Shown in pieces: positions 63,590 through 64,000 of a stretch of 64,000 nucleotides of DNA. Each line of letters starts with the position of its first letter. The stretch's first letter is position 1. The position numbers and the translations under genes were made by a program. The notes beneath the pieces were generated by a model. That model was given only the letters and a program-made list of their open reading frames with translations, searched no databases and was not told the DNA's origin. Source of the DNA: Heterodontus francisci (taxonomy: Eukaryota); the NCBI RefSeq assembly GCF_036365525.1, contig NC_090385.1:73020065-73084064 (forward strand), in the 5' to 3' direction.

Positions 63590-63935
63590 ATGATGCAGTT
63601 AGTTATGAGTCCGTGATAACACCCTTGCTTATAAGACAGAATGTCGTGTGTTCAAGCCGCATTCTGGAGACCGAAGCACAAAATCTAGGCTAACTCTTTG
63701 GTGCAATACTTGAGGGTGTGCTGAAATGTCTGAGGTGCCATCTTTCGGATGAGACGTCAATCAAGGCCCCATCTTCCCTCTAGCTGGACTTAAAAGATCC
63801 TGTAACACAATTTTATAGAAGAAAAGAAGAGCAGGAGAGTTCTGTCCATTGTCCTGGCCAACATTTACACCCCAACCAACATCACTCAAAAGCTGATGGT
63901 CTGGTTATTATCACATTTCTATTTGTGGGACTATG
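63590..63935 (+). mobile_element. DeuSINE (SacSINE1-like), interrupted at its 3' part
   Basis: Deu-domain-like tctttcggatgagacg..aaaagatcc..gaagagcaggagagttct..tgtcctggccaacattta..caaccaacatcac. Confidence 0.8.
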
Positions 63936-63936
63936 T

Positions 63937-64000
63937 GGGAGGCGGTGGCGTACTGGTATTGTCAGAGACCTAGGAATTGCTCTGGGGACATAGGTTTGAA
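63937..64000 (+). mobile_element. Start of another tRNA-headed SINE or LINE copy (runs off the window)
   Basis: ggcggtggcgtactggtattgtca..gctctggggacataggtttgaa matches the heads at 29302, 45960 and 59960. Confidence 0.7.

Noticed and set aside
1-64000. Prokaryotic systems (CRISPR, retron, operons)
   Set aside because: No regularly spaced repeats and no intact gene-dense regions; all RT fragments are eukaryotic LINE or LTR types.

Overview
Repeat-saturated, gene-poor vertebrate DNA, most likely from a cartilaginous fish (inferred from HE1-type V-SINEs, SacSINE1-type DeuSINEs and HER1-like CR1 LINEs). I could not support any host protein-coding gene. Nearly all ORFs in the track are fragments or antisense shadows of decayed transposons. 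The window holds: many CR1 LINE copies, one near full length with an esterase ORF1 (54156-58475); L2 and RTE fragments; a complete but dead Gypsy LTR element (22087-26529) inside a two-gene Harbinger transposon (about 18411-27230); Harbinger-type MITEs; about six solo LTRs, most with 4-bp target-site duplications (TSDs); an inverted LTR pair; and Penelope-like hammerhead-motif relics. The most interesting signal is a CR1/Zenon-like LINE family present in four large copies. It appears to begin with a tRNA-like Pol III head, has a single EN-RT ORF with no room for ORF1, and is nearly free of sense-strand TTTT. A co-resident SINE looks like an internal-deletion derivative of it. All calls were made by eye without databases. 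Boundaries lacking a TSD are approximate, and family names are recalled rather than searched.
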